In this document: positions 38,689 to 47,713 of the stretch, one piece after another | Numbering within the stretch: the stretch's first letter is position 1 | How the letters are laid out: each line of letters starts with the position of its first letter | Source: an uncultured bacterium | Lineage (GTDB): Bacteria; Krumholzibacteriota; Krumholzibacteriia; JAJRXK01 | Length of the DNA: 64,000 nucleotides | Direction of reading: 5' to 3' | Assembly: GCA_964593155.1 (NCBI GenBank) | Contig: CAZQHE010000002.1 | Coordinates: 5,231-69,230, forward strand | Program-made: the position numbers and the translations under genes | The notes under the pieces: generated by a model | The model's input: only the letters and a program-made list of their open reading frames with translations | What the model was told of the DNA's origin: nothing | The model's database searches: none

Positions 38689-39657
38689 TCAAGACTCGCT
38701 GGCCTCGGTCTCGGCCGTCAGCACGGCCACGCGGACCTCCGGCGGCGACTTCCGGCGGTCGATGCTGATCACGCGCACCGGGATCTCCTGGCCCACCTCG
38801 TAGTAGGCACCGGCGTCGGGGACGAAGCCACGGTTCATGTCCTTGACGTGCAGCAACGTCTTCGCGTGCTGGTGCAGGTCGAGGAACACGCCGTACTTCT
38901 TCACCGTCTGCACGCGACAATCGACGACCTCGCCCACCTCGGGCAGATCGATCGACTCCGGATCGACGGGTTCGGGAGCGAGCGACGGATCCTGGTCGAA
39001 CTCGTCGTCGTACTCGTCGAACTCGTCGTCGTACTCGTCGTCGTAGTCGTCCTCGTACTCGTCCTCGTACTCGTCGTCGGTGCCGCCCCCCGCGTTCGCA
39101 CCGGCGTGCGAGCCGTTCTCGCGGCGCTCCCGCGGCTCGGGCGGTCGCTTGTCGCTCTCGATCTCGTCGCGCAGGTCGTTGAGGTCGATGAAGTTCACAC
39201 CGACCTGCTGGCGCAGTTCGACCGCCACGTTCTGCGGAGTGGCGGCCACGAGCACGCGCTTGCCCCGGTGCTGCAGGGTCTCGAGCAGGGGCACGAAGTC
39301 ACTGTCGCCCGTCACGAAGATCGCGGTGTCGTAGTGGTCGACCTCGCTCAGGGCGTCGATCGCCAGTTCGATGTCCAGGCTACCCTTCATGTGGTAGCTG
39401 CCGGACGTGCGGTCGAAGACCTGCTTCAGCACCTTCTTGCGGATGGAGAAGCCGATCAGGGTGAGATGGTGCAGGAAGCGCTCCTGCTCGGGTTCGGGAG
39501 TACGGTTGTACGCCTGGTACCAACGCGCCGCCACGAGCTCATGGCCTTCACGCATGGTCGCGAGGAATCGCGGCCATTCGATCCACCAGCCGAGAGCTTC
39601 CTTCTGGGCGAAATAGACGTTGGCGCCATCGACGAAGATGGCCACACGTTCGGCCAT
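38689..39657 (-). CDS. NYN-domain (LabA-like) ribonuclease-like protein with acidic linker and C-terminal S1 RNA-binding domain
   Basis: Internal Met at 39657 of ORF 38689..39918. The NYN N-terminus is MAERVAIFVDGANVYFAQKEALGW… …AIFVTGDSDFVPLLETLQHRGKRVLV. The acidic low-complexity linker is DDEYEDEYEDDYDDEYDDEFDEYDDEFD. The S1-like C-terminus is GEVVDCRVQTVKKYGVFLDLHQHAKTLLHVKDMNRGFV…GQEIPVRVISID. Confidence 0.75.
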   Translation of the reverse strand: MAERVAIFVDGANVYFAQKEALGWWIEWPRFLATMREGHELVAARWYQAYNRTPEPEQERFLHHLTLIGFSIRKKVLKQVFDRTSGSYHMKGSLDIELAIDALSEVDHYDTAIFVTGDSDFVPLLETLQHRGKRVLVAATPQNVAVELRQQVGVNFIDLNDLRDEIESDKRPPEPRERRENGSHAGANAGGGTDDEYEDEYEDDYDDEYDDEFDEYDDEFDQDPSLAPEPVDPESIDLPEVGEVVDCRVQTVKKYGVFLDLHQHAKTLLHVKDMNRGFVPDAGAYYEVGQEIPVRVISIDRRKSPPEVRVAVLTAETEASES

Positions 39658-39930
39658 GGGAGCACCTCGTTCCGACTGTGTTCGTGGACGAGGGGTCGGG
39701 AGCCGGCCACGAACGTTCTCGTAGAGCGAAGAGGAAGGAGGTTCGACACTCGATTCCAGTTCGCGTGCTGTTGCCGTGGGCCCGCGTCGCGCGAGCGACG
39801 ACCGAGGGCCGGATGGCGGATCTCTCCGCGCTGTGTCGATCAGTGCCGGGGTCCCGGCCCGGGGCGCCCGACGGTCGGTGAGTCCATTGCGACGGCGTCG
39901 ATTTCCGAGCCCATGCAAACGGTCGACAAG

Positions 39931-40986
39931 CTAGTCGACTCGAACGAGCGTGCCAACCCGCTCCTCGACGGTTCCGATCCGGGTGGCCTGGTCGTATCCG
40001 GCCTCGTGGAGTGCCCGGAGGGCTTCGTCGGCCCGCTCGGACGGGAGGCAGGCCACCAGTGGCCCGGATGTCTGCGGGTCGTGCAACAACTCCGCCCGTT
40101 CGGCCGGCAGATCGGCGGGGATGTCGACCCTTTCGACCGCGTGGCGCATGTTCGCCTGGGCACCTCCGCAGGTGAATCCCTCGGCCAGCATCCGGACCGC
40201 ACCGGGAAGCTCGGGAATCGCACGGTGGTCGAGGCGCAGGGTCACGTCGCTCGCCTGGGCCATCTCCGCGAGATGACCGCTCAGACCGAAGCCCGTGATG
40301 TCGGTCGCGGCACGGGCCCCGTGCGCGCGGGCGATCTCGGCGGCCGGGCCGTTCGAGGTCGTCATGCCCCGGACGAGCTCCGCGAACCACGGGTCCTCCT
40401 CGCCGAAGCGGCCGCTCTTGAGCGCGGTGGACAGTGCCGAGGTGCCGATCGCCTTGTTGATCAGCAGCACGTCGCCCGGCCGGGCCGCGTGGTTGGTGAG
40501 CAGCGCATCGGGATGGACCTCACCGACCACCGCCAGGCCGAACTTCAGTTCGGAGTCCTTGACCGTGTGTCCACCCAGCACCGGACACGACGACGCGAGC
40601 GCGGCCTCGCTGGCCCCGGCCAGCACGTCGCGCAGGGCCTCGGCGGGAATCTTCGGCGAGAAGCACGCCACGTTCAGGGCCATGAGCGGACGCGCGCCCA
40701 TGGCGTAGATGTCGCTGATCGAGTTCGTCGCGGCGATGCGGCCGAAGGTGAAGGGGTCGTCGACGATCGGCGTGATCACGTCGACCGTGAACACGATCGC
40801 GCGGTCCTCGCTCACACGGTAGACGGCGGCGTCGTCGGCGGGCTCGAGCCCGACGAGGACGCGGTCGTCGGTCGGGATCTTCGGCAATCCCTGCAGGATG
40901 ATCTCCAGGTCCCCCGGAGCGAGCTTGGCGGCTCAACCGGCGGCGCTGGCGTACTGCGTCAGACGGATCCGTTGCTCGTCACTCAT
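39931..40986 (-). CDS. selD: selenide, water dikinase (selenophosphate synthetase) SelD, selenocysteine-containing (in-frame UGA at complement 40933..40935)
   Basis: The ORF track gives only 39931..40887. Reading upstream on the - strand from ATG (complement 40984..40986) gives MSDEQRIRLTQYASAAG-TGA-AAKLAPGDLEIILQGLPKIPTDD… The TGA aligns with the catalytic Cys17 of E. coli SelD (RLTQYSHGAGCGCKISP) and the essential Lys follows. A good Shine-Dalgarno (AAGGGGGUG) precedes the ATG. The rest matches SelD throughout (…FGRIAATNSISDIYAMGARP…VLGGHTV…DITGFGLSGHL…). Confidence 0.85.
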
Positions 40987-41009
40987 GGTTCACCCCCTTT
41001 CGTGGTGCC

Positions 41010-42275
41010 TCAGAACGTGAAGGTGTCCTCGAACACGAAGACGTCCTCGCCGTCGTCGGTCCGGGCCCACTCGAAACGGAAGTTCCGCGTGTTGAAGTTG
41101 AAGTGCAAGCCCAGACCCGAGCCGAAGCGCACTTCCTGCGCGTCGAGGTCGGCGTCGTGCGCCCACGAGGTGCCCCGATCGTGGAATGCGTGCACGCCCA
41201 CGCCGATCGTACGGCCCTCGCGCAGGGGCAACAGCAGCAGCGGGCGTCGCAGCTCGACACTCGCGCGCCAGGCGTCGTCGCCCACGATGCTGCCGAAGTC
41301 GAGTCCGCGCAGCGTCATGGGGCCGCCCTGGTAGTTCTTCCGGTAGAAGGGCAGCGTGGTGTTCGCGGTCCGGAACGCACCGTTCACCGCGAGTACGGTC
41401 CCGACCACCGGCAGCGTGCGGAAGCCCGACAGCGAGATCGACGCGATCCTGTAGTCGTCGATGCCGTCGTCGAGTCCTCCGAACAGCAGCTCGGCGCGGC
41501 CGTGCAGGCCGGTACCGGGGTAGTAGCGCACGTCGCGCGAGTCGTGGATCAACTCCAGGGCCACTTCGGGATCGTGGACGATGCCGGCGCCCTCGAGTTC
41601 GAGTTCGCTCCAACCGGCCTGCGCGCGAAGGGTCACCCAGGGATCGAAGGTGCGCCACACGCCGGCGCGCGCTCCCCAGTCGGTGAACTCGTCGCTCGGA
41701 TCGATCGCTGCGAGATCGTACTCCCACTCGTGGCGTTGCCAGTGCGCGGCGGCGAACACGCCGAGTCGTGCGGGGCCGAGGATCCAGGGGTTCTGCCACA
41801 CGACACGGGCGCCGCGGCGCGACCACGCGCTCAGCTCGAGGTCGAGGCTCTCGGCGCGGCCGGTCGGGTTCACCCAGCCCACGCGGAGTGTCCCGAGGAA
41901 CGATTCCCCGTAGCGTCGGCTGTACTCGAGTCCCGGCGCCCAGCGGAAACGGTCGTCCTCTTCCACGTGGACGATCAGTTCGACTCGTGTCGGGTCCGGA
42001 CGAACGGTCTCGATCTCGACATAGGCGATGAACGCGAGCGCCTCGAGGCGTTCCCATCCCTCGCCGACGAGTTCCGGATCGTACTCGTCGCCGGCCTCGA
42101 TCCCGAGGGTGCGTCGGAGCACGTAGTCGCGCGTGACTTCGTTGCCCCGGAATTCGACGCGTTCGACCCTGCGCTCGCCGCGGTTCTGCAGGAAGGGGTT
42201 CTGCGCCGGAGCCACGGTGGCCGGTAGCAGCAGGACGACGGCGAGGAACGTACTGAGCGTGTGCCGCAGGGACAT
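41010..42275 (-). CDS. Omp85-family (BamA/TamA-like) outer-membrane protein, one POTRA + beta-barrel
   Basis: 421 aa. The signal peptide is MSLRHTLSTFLAVVLLLPATVAPAQ. A POTRA-like segment (VERVEFRGNEVTRDYVLRRTLGIEAGDEYDP) is followed by a barrel with the terminal aromatic …FEDTFTF. The stop is 23 nt upstream of the selD start. Confidence 0.75.
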   Translation of the reverse strand: MSLRHTLSTFLAVVLLLPATVAPAQNPFLQNRGERRVERVEFRGNEVTRDYVLRRTLGIEAGDEYDPELVGEGWERLEALAFIAYVEIETVRPDPTRVELIVHVEEDDRFRWAPGLEYSRRYGESFLGTLRVGWVNPTGRAESLDLELSAWSRRGARVVWQNPWILGPARLGVFAAAHWQRHEWEYDLAAIDPSDEFTDWGARAGVWRTFDPWVTLRAQAGWSELELEGAGIVHDPEVALELIHDSRDVRYYPGTGLHGRAELLFGGLDDGIDDYRIASISLSGFRTLPVVGTVLAVNGAFRTANTTLPFYRKNYQGGPMTLRGLDFGSIVGDDAWRASVELRRPLLLLPLREGRTIGVGVHAFHDRGTSWAHDADLDAQEVRFGSGLGLHFNFNTRNFRFEWARTDDGEDVFVFEDTFTF

Positions 42276-42348
42276 GGACCGATCCCGGTGGGTCGGCGCG
42301 CCGGCGTCCGGACGACGGGTGCGGATCGCGCCGATGCGTGGCGGCAGT

Positions 42349-43104
42349 CTAGCGACGGCCGCCGGGCGTGGCCAGCGCGGAGGGCTGCGCCGCGGTGGTC
42401 CCCGGCGAAGGGGTCTCGAAGCGGGTCAGCTCGAACTGCGTGATCCCCAGTCCCACGGCCTCGAGCGCACTCCGCAGGTGCTCGACCCCGAGTGCGGCCA
42501 GGCGATCGCGATCGGAGCCGATGGCGTCGACCTCTCCGTAGTGGTCCTCGAGTGCCCGCCCGAGTCCGGCCTCGATCAAGGTGGTCACGATCCGGTCGAA
42601 GTCGGACGCCCGGAGGTCCTCGGTGCGGCGCAGGAAACTGTCGTGGAAGCGCACGGGATCGCACACGGCCAGCCGCGCGGCCCCTCGCACCTCGAGCGCC
42701 AGGTTCCCGTGCCGGTGATCGTGGAAGACGACGGGATCGTCGCAGCCGAACTCCAGCGGCACGAGCGGATCGGTGGCCACGAAGACCAGGTCGGCCGTGG
42801 CCGGAACGAAGCGGGTGCGCGGCTTCAGATGTGCGGTCGAGTCCACGTCGACCCGCATGCGCGCGGCGAACTCGCGACGATCGATGTCGCCGGGGTCCTC
42901 TCCCCGTCGCAATACGTGCACGGGGTGCCGGCCCGGGAGCATGATCGCGACGATCTCTCCCTCGTCACGGATCAGGGCGGCCTCGCCCAGATCGACGGCC
43001 ACGTCGACCCGTTCACCCGCCCAGTGTTGCAGGGCGTGCGGAGCGGCGAAGGCCTCGCCGTTCTCCGCGCCTCCCCAGACGATCCGGTGGATCGAGGTGT
43101 CCAT
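42349..43104 (-). CDS. SPFH/band-7-like domain protein (COG4260-type)
   Basis: 251 aa. The alignment is by eye to COG4260 'virion core protein-like' SPFH proteins (…FVATDPLVPLEFGCDDPVVFHDHRHGNLALEVRGAARLAVCDPVRF…). Confidence 0.55.
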   Translation of the reverse strand: MDTSIHRIVWGGAENGEAFAAPHALQHWAGERVDVAVDLGEAALIRDEGEIVAIMLPGRHPVHVLRRGEDPGDIDRREFAARMRVDVDSTAHLKPRTRFVPATADLVFVATDPLVPLEFGCDDPVVFHDHRHGNLALEVRGAARLAVCDPVRFHDSFLRRTEDLRASDFDRIVTTLIEAGLGRALEDHYGEVDAIGSDRDRLAALGVEHLRSALEAVGLGITQFELTRFETPSPGTTAAQPSALATPGGRR

Positions 43105-43116
43105 GGGAACCTCCCG

Positions 43117-43644
43117 TCACACGAGCAGGGTGTGATCCTCGCGGGCCTCGTCGTCGAGCAGCACGCGGTTTCGCCGGTCCAGGCGATCGTTCAGGTGGTG
43201 CAGACGCTCGGCCATCTCGGCCGCGTGGTGTTCCAGCCACCGGTGCGCCAACGATGGTGTCCGCAGGTCGCGCATGAGCTGTGCGCCCTCTTCGAGCAGC
43301 GCGATGATCCCCGCGTCGGCGCGGGCCAGCGATTCGCGTCGCGTCGACTCGTCGTCGTCCACCAGCACCGGTCGGAAGCGGTTGAGCTGGTCGAAGAGAT
43401 CGGCGATCCCGCCGAGCAACACGTCGACGGCGTGCATCTCCGCACGCGTCAGCGGGGTCTCGGTGTGCTCGGCGGCGTCGAGCAGCTGGTCGCCCCAGGA
43501 CTTGATCACCCGGCCCAGGGAGATCCGGAAATCGGATTCGCAGGTCTTCACGACGTCGCGGTCGTCGTAGCCCGAGTACTCGGGAACGTGTTCGAAGACG
43601 TCGACGAGCGCATCCGGGACGATGGCGGCGGCACGCGCGGACAT
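43117..43644 (-). CDS. hypothetical helical protein
   Basis: Internal Met at 43644 of ORF 43117..43818 (175 aa, MSARAAAIVPDALVDVFEHVPEYSGYDDRD…). It sits immediately upstream of, and is co-oriented with, the SPFH gene with a 12-nt gap. I recognise no domain. Confidence 0.45.
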   Translation of the reverse strand: MSARAAAIVPDALVDVFEHVPEYSGYDDRDVVKTCESDFRISLGRVIKSWGDQLLDAAEHTETPLTRAEMHAVDVLLGGIADLFDQLNRFRPVLVDDDESTRRESLARADAGIIALLEEGAQLMRDLRTPSLAHRWLEHHAAEMAERLHHLNDRLDRRNRVLLDDEAREDHTLLV

Positions 43645-43875
43645 GGTGTGGACCCCAGAGGTGTTGCGGCGATCTCGCGAGCGCGTTCGTGGATTCGTGA
43701 CCAGGGACGGCGTTCCGGGCCGTCCGCGGGCGAGATCGGGCAATCTCCGGGCCAGACACGACGAAGGGGGCCCGTGCGTGGCACGAGCCCCCGATGGTTC
43801 CGGCGGAGTGGTGGTCACAGCGAGCCCGGATCCTGTCGAACACCCGCTCCGCCGGTCCCTCGTCGTTGCGCGTCG

Positions 43876-44304
43876 TTACGCGACGTTGATCCGACGCGGA
43901 ACGGCCTGCTCCTTCTTCGGCACGGTCAGCCGCAGCACACCGTCGTTGAAGCGGGCCTCGATCTTGTCGGGGTCGACCTCGCGGCCCAGGGTGAAGCGCC
44001 GGACGAAGCGTGCATTCCCGGCACGTTCGACGTGGACGCCATGCAGATCTTCACCGTGCTCGCTCTTGCGCTCGCCCTCGATGCTGAGGACGTTGCGCTC
44101 GACCTCGACCTTCAGATCGTCCTTGCGGATGCCGGGCAGGTCGGCTTCGAGGACGTAGTCCGTCTCGCTCTCGTAGACGTCGACCCGCGGCCGCAGGGTC
44201 ATCAGCGCATCGTCGTCGCCGTTGCCGCTGGCGGACGGGGCGTTGCCCCACATGCTGTTGAAGAGACGATCCATCTCGTCGAACTTGGTGATCAGGTGGT
44301 TCAT
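43876..44304 (-). CDS. Hsp20/alpha-crystallin small heat-shock protein
   Basis: Internal Met at 44304 of ORF 43876..44964, with a GGAGG Shine-Dalgarno. It has a 142-aa ACD: …PRVDVYESETDYVLEADLPGIRKDDLKVEVERNVLSIEGERK…RFNDGVLRLTVPK. Confidence 0.9.
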   Translation of the reverse strand: MNHLITKFDEMDRLFNSMWGNAPSASGNGDDDALMTLRPRVDVYESETDYVLEADLPGIRKDDLKVEVERNVLSIEGERKSEHGEDLHGVHVERAGNARFVRRFTLGREVDPDKIEARFNDGVLRLTVPKKEQAVPRRINVA

Positions 44305-44545
44305 CGAGGTTCCTCCGTCGTGGTCTCGAAACTGTTCTCGTGGCAGTTGCCGGGGCTCGACCCCCCGTGGTTCTCGCCTCGCTGCCTCCGCCCGTCGCAA
44401 TACCAAGTGGGGTGCCAGGCCCGGGAGCGGTGGTCCGACCGTGCATAATTCGTTGGTGGACAGTGGCTTGCGGGTCGGCCCGCGAGTGCGCCGCCGGGGT
44501 GCGGCCTGCCAGGGGCAGAGGTATCGTCGGGCCGAAGCTGCCAAA

Positions 44546-46225
44546 ATGGCAGATTTCCGCGCCCGATGCCTGCCAGTCCCGCCACGGGGCTGGCAGGCCG
44601 GAATCCTTCTCGTGATCGCCGCGATCCTCGTCGGCCCGGCCGCCGCGGCCGAGCGTGAGGCCTCCGGCGTGATCGTCCGGGAGATCCGCATCGAGCGGTC
44701 GCCGATCTTCGACGAAGAAGACCGGGAGCGCTTCGGCTGGCTGCCGCTGTCGATCGTCAACGACCTGCACGTCGACACCCGGATCGGCGTGATCGAGCGC
44801 GAGCTGCTCTTCGCCGAGGGCCAGCCGCTCGATCCCGAGCACCTGCAGGAGAGCGAGCGCAAGCTCCGCGGTCTGGGGATCTTCACCGACGTCGTGGTCG
44901 AGGCCGAGCCGGCGCCGGGCGATTCGGTCGACGTGGTCGTGCGCACGCAGGAGGTGTGGAGCACGTCGATCGACGTCGGCTACGAGAGCTTCGAGGACGA
45001 ACGCTTCTGGAGCCTGTCGCTGAGCGAGCGCAATCTCCTGGGCACCGCCCGGCGTGTGGACTTCCAGCTCGACTCCGGGGTCGACCGATCGAGCTGGGCG
45101 ATCGGCCTGAGCGATCCGCAACTGTTCGACGGCAACTGGAACGGCTCGGTTTCGTGGCGCGACGCCGACGACGGCAACGCCGTCAACTGGCGCTTGTCGC
45201 GTCCCTACGTCTCGCTCACCGACCGGGCGGCCTTCGACCTGTTCTTCTCCGACCGGACGACGTCGCCGCGCTACTACATCGCCGACGGGGCCTACGTGCG
45301 TCCGAAGGGCGAGTTCACCGACGTCGGCGTCGAGTTCGGCCATCGCCTCGGCGCCACCGCGTCGCGTGTGTGGCGCGGCACCGCAGGGTATCGTCTGCAC
45401 AGCCAGGAGCTGACGGCCGAGGGAAGTCTCGCCATCGAGACACCCAGGGGTACGCTCGACCCTCGGTACGAGCTGCCCCGCGACGTGCCCGAGAACGAGT
45501 CGTGGCGCACGGTCTACCTGGGTGTGTCGCAGCGCACGCGGATCTACGAGGAGCTGCGCTTCGTGCGAGGCATGGGCAAGGTCGAGGACATCGCCTTCGG
45601 GCCGGAGTTCGATCTGCGTCTGGGCTGGACCACCCGTGCGCTCGGGAGCACGGACAGCGGACTGTGGCTCGACCTGCGGTCGTCGTGGTTCGGGCGCAGT
45701 GGTCGCGGTTGGCTGCACGAGGTGTCGGTCTCGTCCCAGGGCCTGGTGACCGGTGACGGAGGGCGCGATCTGCGCGTGGTCGCCGATCTGCAGGGCTATC
45801 ATCGCGTGCTCGACGGACTGACCTTCGCCACCGGCTTCCGGGGAGGCGCGATCAGCCAGGCCGACCGCCACCAGGTGTTCTCGCTCGGACTCGAGTCGGG
45901 TCTCCGCGCGGCGCGCTTTCGCGAGTTCAACGGCGATCGTCTGCTGCGGGCCAACTTCGAGCTCCGGGCGGTCTACACTCCCGGCCTGCTCGACACCTTC
46001 GTGCCCGGAGTCACGTTGTTCGCCGATACCGGCGTGGCGTGGTTCGAGGAGGAGCGCGACTTCCGACCCGAGGAATTGCGCGGCGCCTACGGCGTGGGAC
46101 TCCGTCTGGGCTTCGTCCGCGCCGCCGACGATCTTCCCGTTCGACTCGACCTGGCCTGGCCGGCCCTCTACGATCTCGACCGCAGCAGCCCCGTGATCAG
46201 CGTGGGAACGGGCCAGGTCTTCTGA
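44546..46225 (+). CDS. Omp85-family (BamA/TamA-like) outer-membrane protein
   Basis: Internal Met at 44546 of ORF 44222..46225 (559 aa). The signal/TM is MADFRARCLPVPPRGWQAGILLVIAAILVGPAAAA. The POTRA-like segment is VIVREIRIERSPIFDEED…LRGLGIFTDVVVEAEP. A surface-antigen barrel follows. Confidence 0.75.
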   Translation: MADFRARCLPVPPRGWQAGILLVIAAILVGPAAAAEREASGVIVREIRIERSPIFDEEDRERFGWLPLSIVNDLHVDTRIGVIERELLFAEGQPLDPEHLQESERKLRGLGIFTDVVVEAEPAPGDSVDVVVRTQEVWSTSIDVGYESFEDERFWSLSLSERNLLGTARRVDFQLDSGVDRSSWAIGLSDPQLFDGNWNGSVSWRDADDGNAVNWRLSRPYVSLTDRAAFDLFFSDRTTSPRYYIADGAYVRPKGEFTDVGVEFGHRLGATASRVWRGTAGYRLHSQELTAEGSLAIETPRGTLDPRYELPRDVPENESWRTVYLGVSQRTRIYEELRFVRGMGKVEDIAFGPEFDLRLGWTTRALGSTDSGLWLDLRSSWFGRSGRGWLHEVSVSSQGLVTGDGGRDLRVVADLQGYHRVLDGLTFATGFRGGAISQADRHQVFSLGLESGLRAARFREFNGDRLLRANFELRAVYTPGLLDTFVPGVTLFADTGVAWFEEERDFRPEELRGAYGVGLRLGFVRAADDLPVRLDLAWPALYDLDRSSPVISVGTGQVF

Positions 46226-46239
46226 ACGGGAGCGGGCTC

Positions 46240-47697
46240 TTGGCCGACGGCCGCACCATCGCGCGCAACAGTGCCTTCCTCGGGCTCGCCTTCGCGATCT
46301 CCAAGTTCTTCTCGATCGGCCTGACCGCGATCGCCGGTCGCGTGCTCGGCGCCAGTGGCTTCGGCCTGTATGCCACCGGCGCGGCGCTCGTCGAGGTCGG
46401 GCGCATCGTCGGCGGGGCCGGACTGGACTACCTGGTCGCCCGCGAGGTGGCCAGCGCGCCCGAGCGCGCCGACCGCGTGGCGCGCCACGCCGCCGCCCTG
46501 AAGCTCGCCGCCGGCGCGGTGATCTACGTGGCGTTGCTCGGACTCGTCGTGTGGATGGACTACCCGCGCCCGGTGCTCGGCGTGGTGCTGATCGTCGGCA
46601 CGGCCCTCTTCCTCGAGAACCTGAGCGACATCCTCGACGCCGTGTTCCAGGGCGTCGAGCGCATGCACGTGACCACCGTCGCCTTCGCGACGAGCGCGGC
46701 CTTCGTGTTCGTGAGCGGTGCGGCGGCGCTGCTGGGCGGGCTGGGCGTGCTGGGCTACGCAGCCTGCTTCGCCGCGGGGTTCGTGGTGCGCTTCGCGTTG
46801 ATGCTGCGGGCGGCGACGCGGGACGGACTGGTGTCTGTCCGCCTGCGCGGACTGGAACGGGCCGAGTCCGTGCGCCAGCTCCGAGCGGCCGTTCCGTTGC
46901 TCGGGGCCACCGTGCTGGCCGTGGTCTTCCATCGCATGGACCTGCTCATGCTGGGACGCATGGAGAGTCCCGAGCAGGTCGGGCTGTACGCGGCCGCGGT
47001 GAGGATCGTCGACGTGGTCGTGCTCCTGCCCCGTATCCTGGCGACCGCGGTGTATCCGGCCCTTCGCAAGCAGCTCGACGTCGACGCTCGGCGACTGGGG
47101 GCGATGGTGGCCGACGCCACGCGGGTGTCGCTGGTCTTGTGCTCGCTGGCGGGCCTGGCGGTGTGGTTCCTCGCGCCGGTGGCGCTGCGCTGGATCCCGG
47201 GGCCGGAGTTCGTGCCCGCCACCGATGCGCTCCGCCTGTTGAGCTGGGGCATCGTGCTGCAGGGCGGTGCGCACATGATCGCGCGCCTGCTCCTGGCGAT
47301 CGAAGCCGAGCGTGACTTCGCCCTGGTCGCGGGCGTGTCGTTGCTCGTGAACCTGGCGTTGAACCTGGTGTGGATCCCGCGGCTGGGCATCGAGGGCGCG
47401 GCGCTGGCCACGCTCACCGCCTACGGGGCCAATCTCGCGTTGTACTTCGTGGTGGCCGCACACCGGGGCCGGCGCGTGCCGCTCGGACGATCGGTCGTCG
47501 GTCCGCTCGGGGCCGTGGTCGCCGCCTACGGCGTCACCGTGTGGACGCGCGACGGTGGACTCGGAATCCAGGTGGCCGCCGTGGCCGCGACGTGGGTGAT
47601 CGCTCTCGTCGTGTTGCGCGGTGTGCGGGGGCTCGACCTCGACCGGATCCGCAAACTCGCACGCCGCGACGCCGAGGGTGCCTTCGGTGGGGAGTGA
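46240..47697 (+). CDS. MOP-superfamily polysaccharide/oligosaccharide flippase (Wzx-like)
   Basis: In ORF 46039..47697 (frame 1). The in-frame TTG at 46240 lies just after the Omp85 stop; the alternative is CTG at 46222. There are ~12-14 TM helices (…NSAFLGLAFAISKFFSIGLTAIAGRVLGASGFGLYA…), typical of Wzx/MurJ-type flippases. Confidence 0.65.
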   Translation: MADGRTIARNSAFLGLAFAISKFFSIGLTAIAGRVLGASGFGLYATGAALVEVGRIVGGAGLDYLVAREVASAPERADRVARHAAALKLAAGAVIYVALLGLVVWMDYPRPVLGVVLIVGTALFLENLSDILDAVFQGVERMHVTTVAFATSAAFVFVSGAAALLGGLGVLGYAACFAAGFVVRFALMLRAATRDGLVSVRLRGLERAESVRQLRAAVPLLGATVLAVVFHRMDLLMLGRMESPEQVGLYAAAVRIVDVVVLLPRILATAVYPALRKQLDVDARRLGAMVADATRVSLVLCSLAGLAVWFLAPVALRWIPGPEFVPATDALRLLSWGIVLQGGAHMIARLLLAIEAERDFALVAGVSLLVNLALNLVWIPRLGIEGAALATLTAYGANLALYFVVAAHRGRRVPLGRSVVGPLGAVVAAYGVTVWTRDGGLGIQVAAVAATWVIALVVLRGVRGLDLDRIRKLARRDAEGAFGGE

Positions 47698-47713
47698 GTC
47701 GGCAACCGCTCGT

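Noticed and set aside
39925-39950. Two palindromic GTCGAC (SalI-like) hexamers 6 nt apart overlapping the selD stop (GTCGACAAGCTAGTCGAC)
   Set aside because: It could form a weak 6-bp hairpin, but it is short, sits partly in coding sequence, and has no U-tract. It is more likely chance in GC-rich DNA than a terminator or operator.
42133-44448. 771-aa + strand ORF
   Set aside because: It overlaps three well-supported - strand genes (SPFH, hypothetical, Hsp20) and the Omp85 gene 5' end. It has low-complexity composition.
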